A stretch of 64,000 nucleotides of DNA from Halarcobacter sp. (lineage in GTDB: Bacteria; Campylobacterota; Campylobacteria; Campylobacterales; Arcobacteraceae): contig CP182352.1 in NCBI GenBank assembly GCA_048571215.1, forward strand, positions 2,432,001-2,496,000, in the 5' to 3' direction. This document shows, piece after piece, positions 62,563-64,000 of the stretch. The notes beneath the pieces were generated by a model. It was not told where the DNA came from. It worked only from the letters and a program-made list of their open reading frames with translations, and did no database searches. The stretch's first letter is position 1; every line of letters starts with the position of its first letter. A program made the position numbers and the translations under genes.

Positions 62563-64000
62563 TTAAAAATTGTATTTTATACCTGCATATAGGTATGATT
62601 GAGGAATTATCCCAAGGTTTTCGTTAGTTTTCTTATCGAAAACATTATCAACTCCAGCAAAAAAATCTGTATTCTCACCAATATTTGTCATACTAAATTT
62701 TAAATTAGTTATTGTAAAGCCACCAAGTTTTTCATAATCTGTTGTATATTGTGTTCCTATGTACTTAGTGATTGTTTTAATATTTGTATTCTCAGTTGGA
62801 AAGTAGCTTAAAACCAACCCTACTGTTTTTTCAGGTATCTGGGTTAAATCTATATCATCATCTTTATTTTTTGCATCAATTATAGAATAAGTCATATCTA
62901 CAAAAAAGCTATCTATAGGATTAAAAGACAAAGATGACTCAATCCCTTTAATTTCGCTATCACTTATATTTTCAAATGTATTATATGAACCATATGATAC
63001 ATCTGTAATTCTATCATCAATATCAGTTTTAAAGGCAACTAATTCTAGATTCATAATATCCAGATCTACTAAAAAACCAAGTTCAATTGTACTACTTGTT
63101 TCTGATTTCAACTCATAACTACTTGTTTTGCCATTTGCTACATCTACAACAGTTGCTCCTAATTTCTTCTTTCCTGTAGGTGTTGTTTGATCTACATAAA
63201 GCTCTCTATCATCAGGACTTCTAAATCCTTCTGAATAATTAGCTTTTAATGATAAAATATCACTTAAATCATATACCCCACCAAAGCTATATGAAACTTC
63301 ACTCTCATCCTCTGAAGTCTTATCATACCTTGCCCCATAAATTAGTTTTAAATCTTCTAAAATATTATATTCATGTTGAGCAAAAAATGAACTATATGTT
63401 CTATCATCTACATTAAAGGCCGTTGATTTTGTATCATTTATCCTATATTCTGCACCTAAAATATACCTATTTGATTCATTTAATGTATGGGTAAATTGAA
63501 GTTCATTATCTAAGTGCTTTATTGTAGATTTATTTACACTAAAAGCTGACTCTTGTAAACTTGAATATCCTAATTGAGAATACAAAGGAGTATAACTTTT
63601 TCTATCTTTTTCATATTTTGAATAAGCAATATTATATTTAATATCCATATCCTCTGAAAACCTATAGTTTAATCCTGTACTAAAAGTTGTTCTTTCATTC
63701 TCATTATATTGATGTGCGGGAACATTTTTTGCCATAATACTCCCATTTGGTGAAGCATAATTAGTTGGATAACTTGTGCTAATATATAAGCCATCTTTAT
63801 CTTCACTCATATAAGAAAAATCTATATATGCATCAAAACTATCACTAAACTCATATCCTAATTTACCACCAATTGTTTTTACTGTAAGATTATCAATATA
63901 ATCATTTTCTATCGTGTAAGAATCATTAAGTGCAGAAGCTAACTTCCCAAAACTACCTTTATTTGGTAAAGTTGATGGAGATTTTGCTGTTCCACTTTGC
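62563..64000 (-). CDS. TonB-dependent receptor, C-terminal part (start lies beyond the window)
   Basis: Frame stays open from 63810 to the window end; GARYD, GFRSP, GVDNVFDK, terminal YNF. Confidence 0.92.
   Translation of the reverse strand, partial: QSGTAKSPSTLPNKGSFGKLASALNDSYTIENDYIDNLTVKTIGGKLGYEFSDSFDAYIDFSYMSEDKDGLYISTSYPTNYASPNGSIMAKNVPAHQYNENERTTFSTGLNYRFSEDMDIKYNIAYSKYEKDRKSYTPLYSQLGYSSLQESAFSVNKSTIKHLDNELQFTHTLNESNRYILGAEYRINDTKSTAFNVDDRTYSSFFAQHEYNILEDLKLIYGARYDKTSEDESEVSYSFGGVYDLSDILSLKANYSEGFRSPDDRELYVDQTTPTGKKKLGATVVDVANGKTSSYELKSETSSTIELGFLVDLDIMNLELVAFKTDIDDRITDVSYGSYNTFENISDSEIKGIESSLSFNPIDSFFVDMTYSIIDAKNKDDDIDLTQIPEKTVGLVLSYFPTENTNIKTITKYIGTQYTTDYEKLGGFTITNLKFSMTNIGENTDFFAGVDNVFDKKTNENLGIIPQSYLYAGIKYNF

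Overview
AT-rich chromosomal window from a Campylobacterota bacterium, most consistent with Arcobacteraceae (inferred from gene content and order such as prmA-ftsH-psd-like, CIRCE/HAIR-controlled groESL and many Cache/PAS signalling proteins). Almost all genes are on the minus strand. It is mostly core genome (leuA, ftsH, prmA, dusB, dksA, rlmH, accD, metK, glmS, groESL, ispA, panD, xseA, ubiE/menG, nudC, mfd), interleaved with a K+ channel/RCK/DUF1538-PII operon, a chemotaxis and two-component cluster and three diguanylate cyclases. The most notable items are: (1) a small accessory islet next to mfd encoding a 1192-aa protein with two N-terminal membrane helices, a STAND-like P-loop NTPase and a long helical C-terminus (candidate NLR/Avs-like anti-phage sensor), flanked by a MITE-like palindrome, a RHH-RelE toxin-antitoxin pair and a decayed gene; (2) an unannotated 25-aa leader peptide with four consecutive Leu codons in front of leuA, with a consensus promoter and RBS but no classical terminator; (3) four 13-bp GGA-containing tandem repeats forming the metK leader and start codon; (4) a CheW-domain gene split at an A15 tract; (5) several structured intergenic repeats. 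No rRNA, tRNA, CRISPR array, transposase or integrase was seen. All family calls come from motif recognition, not database searches.
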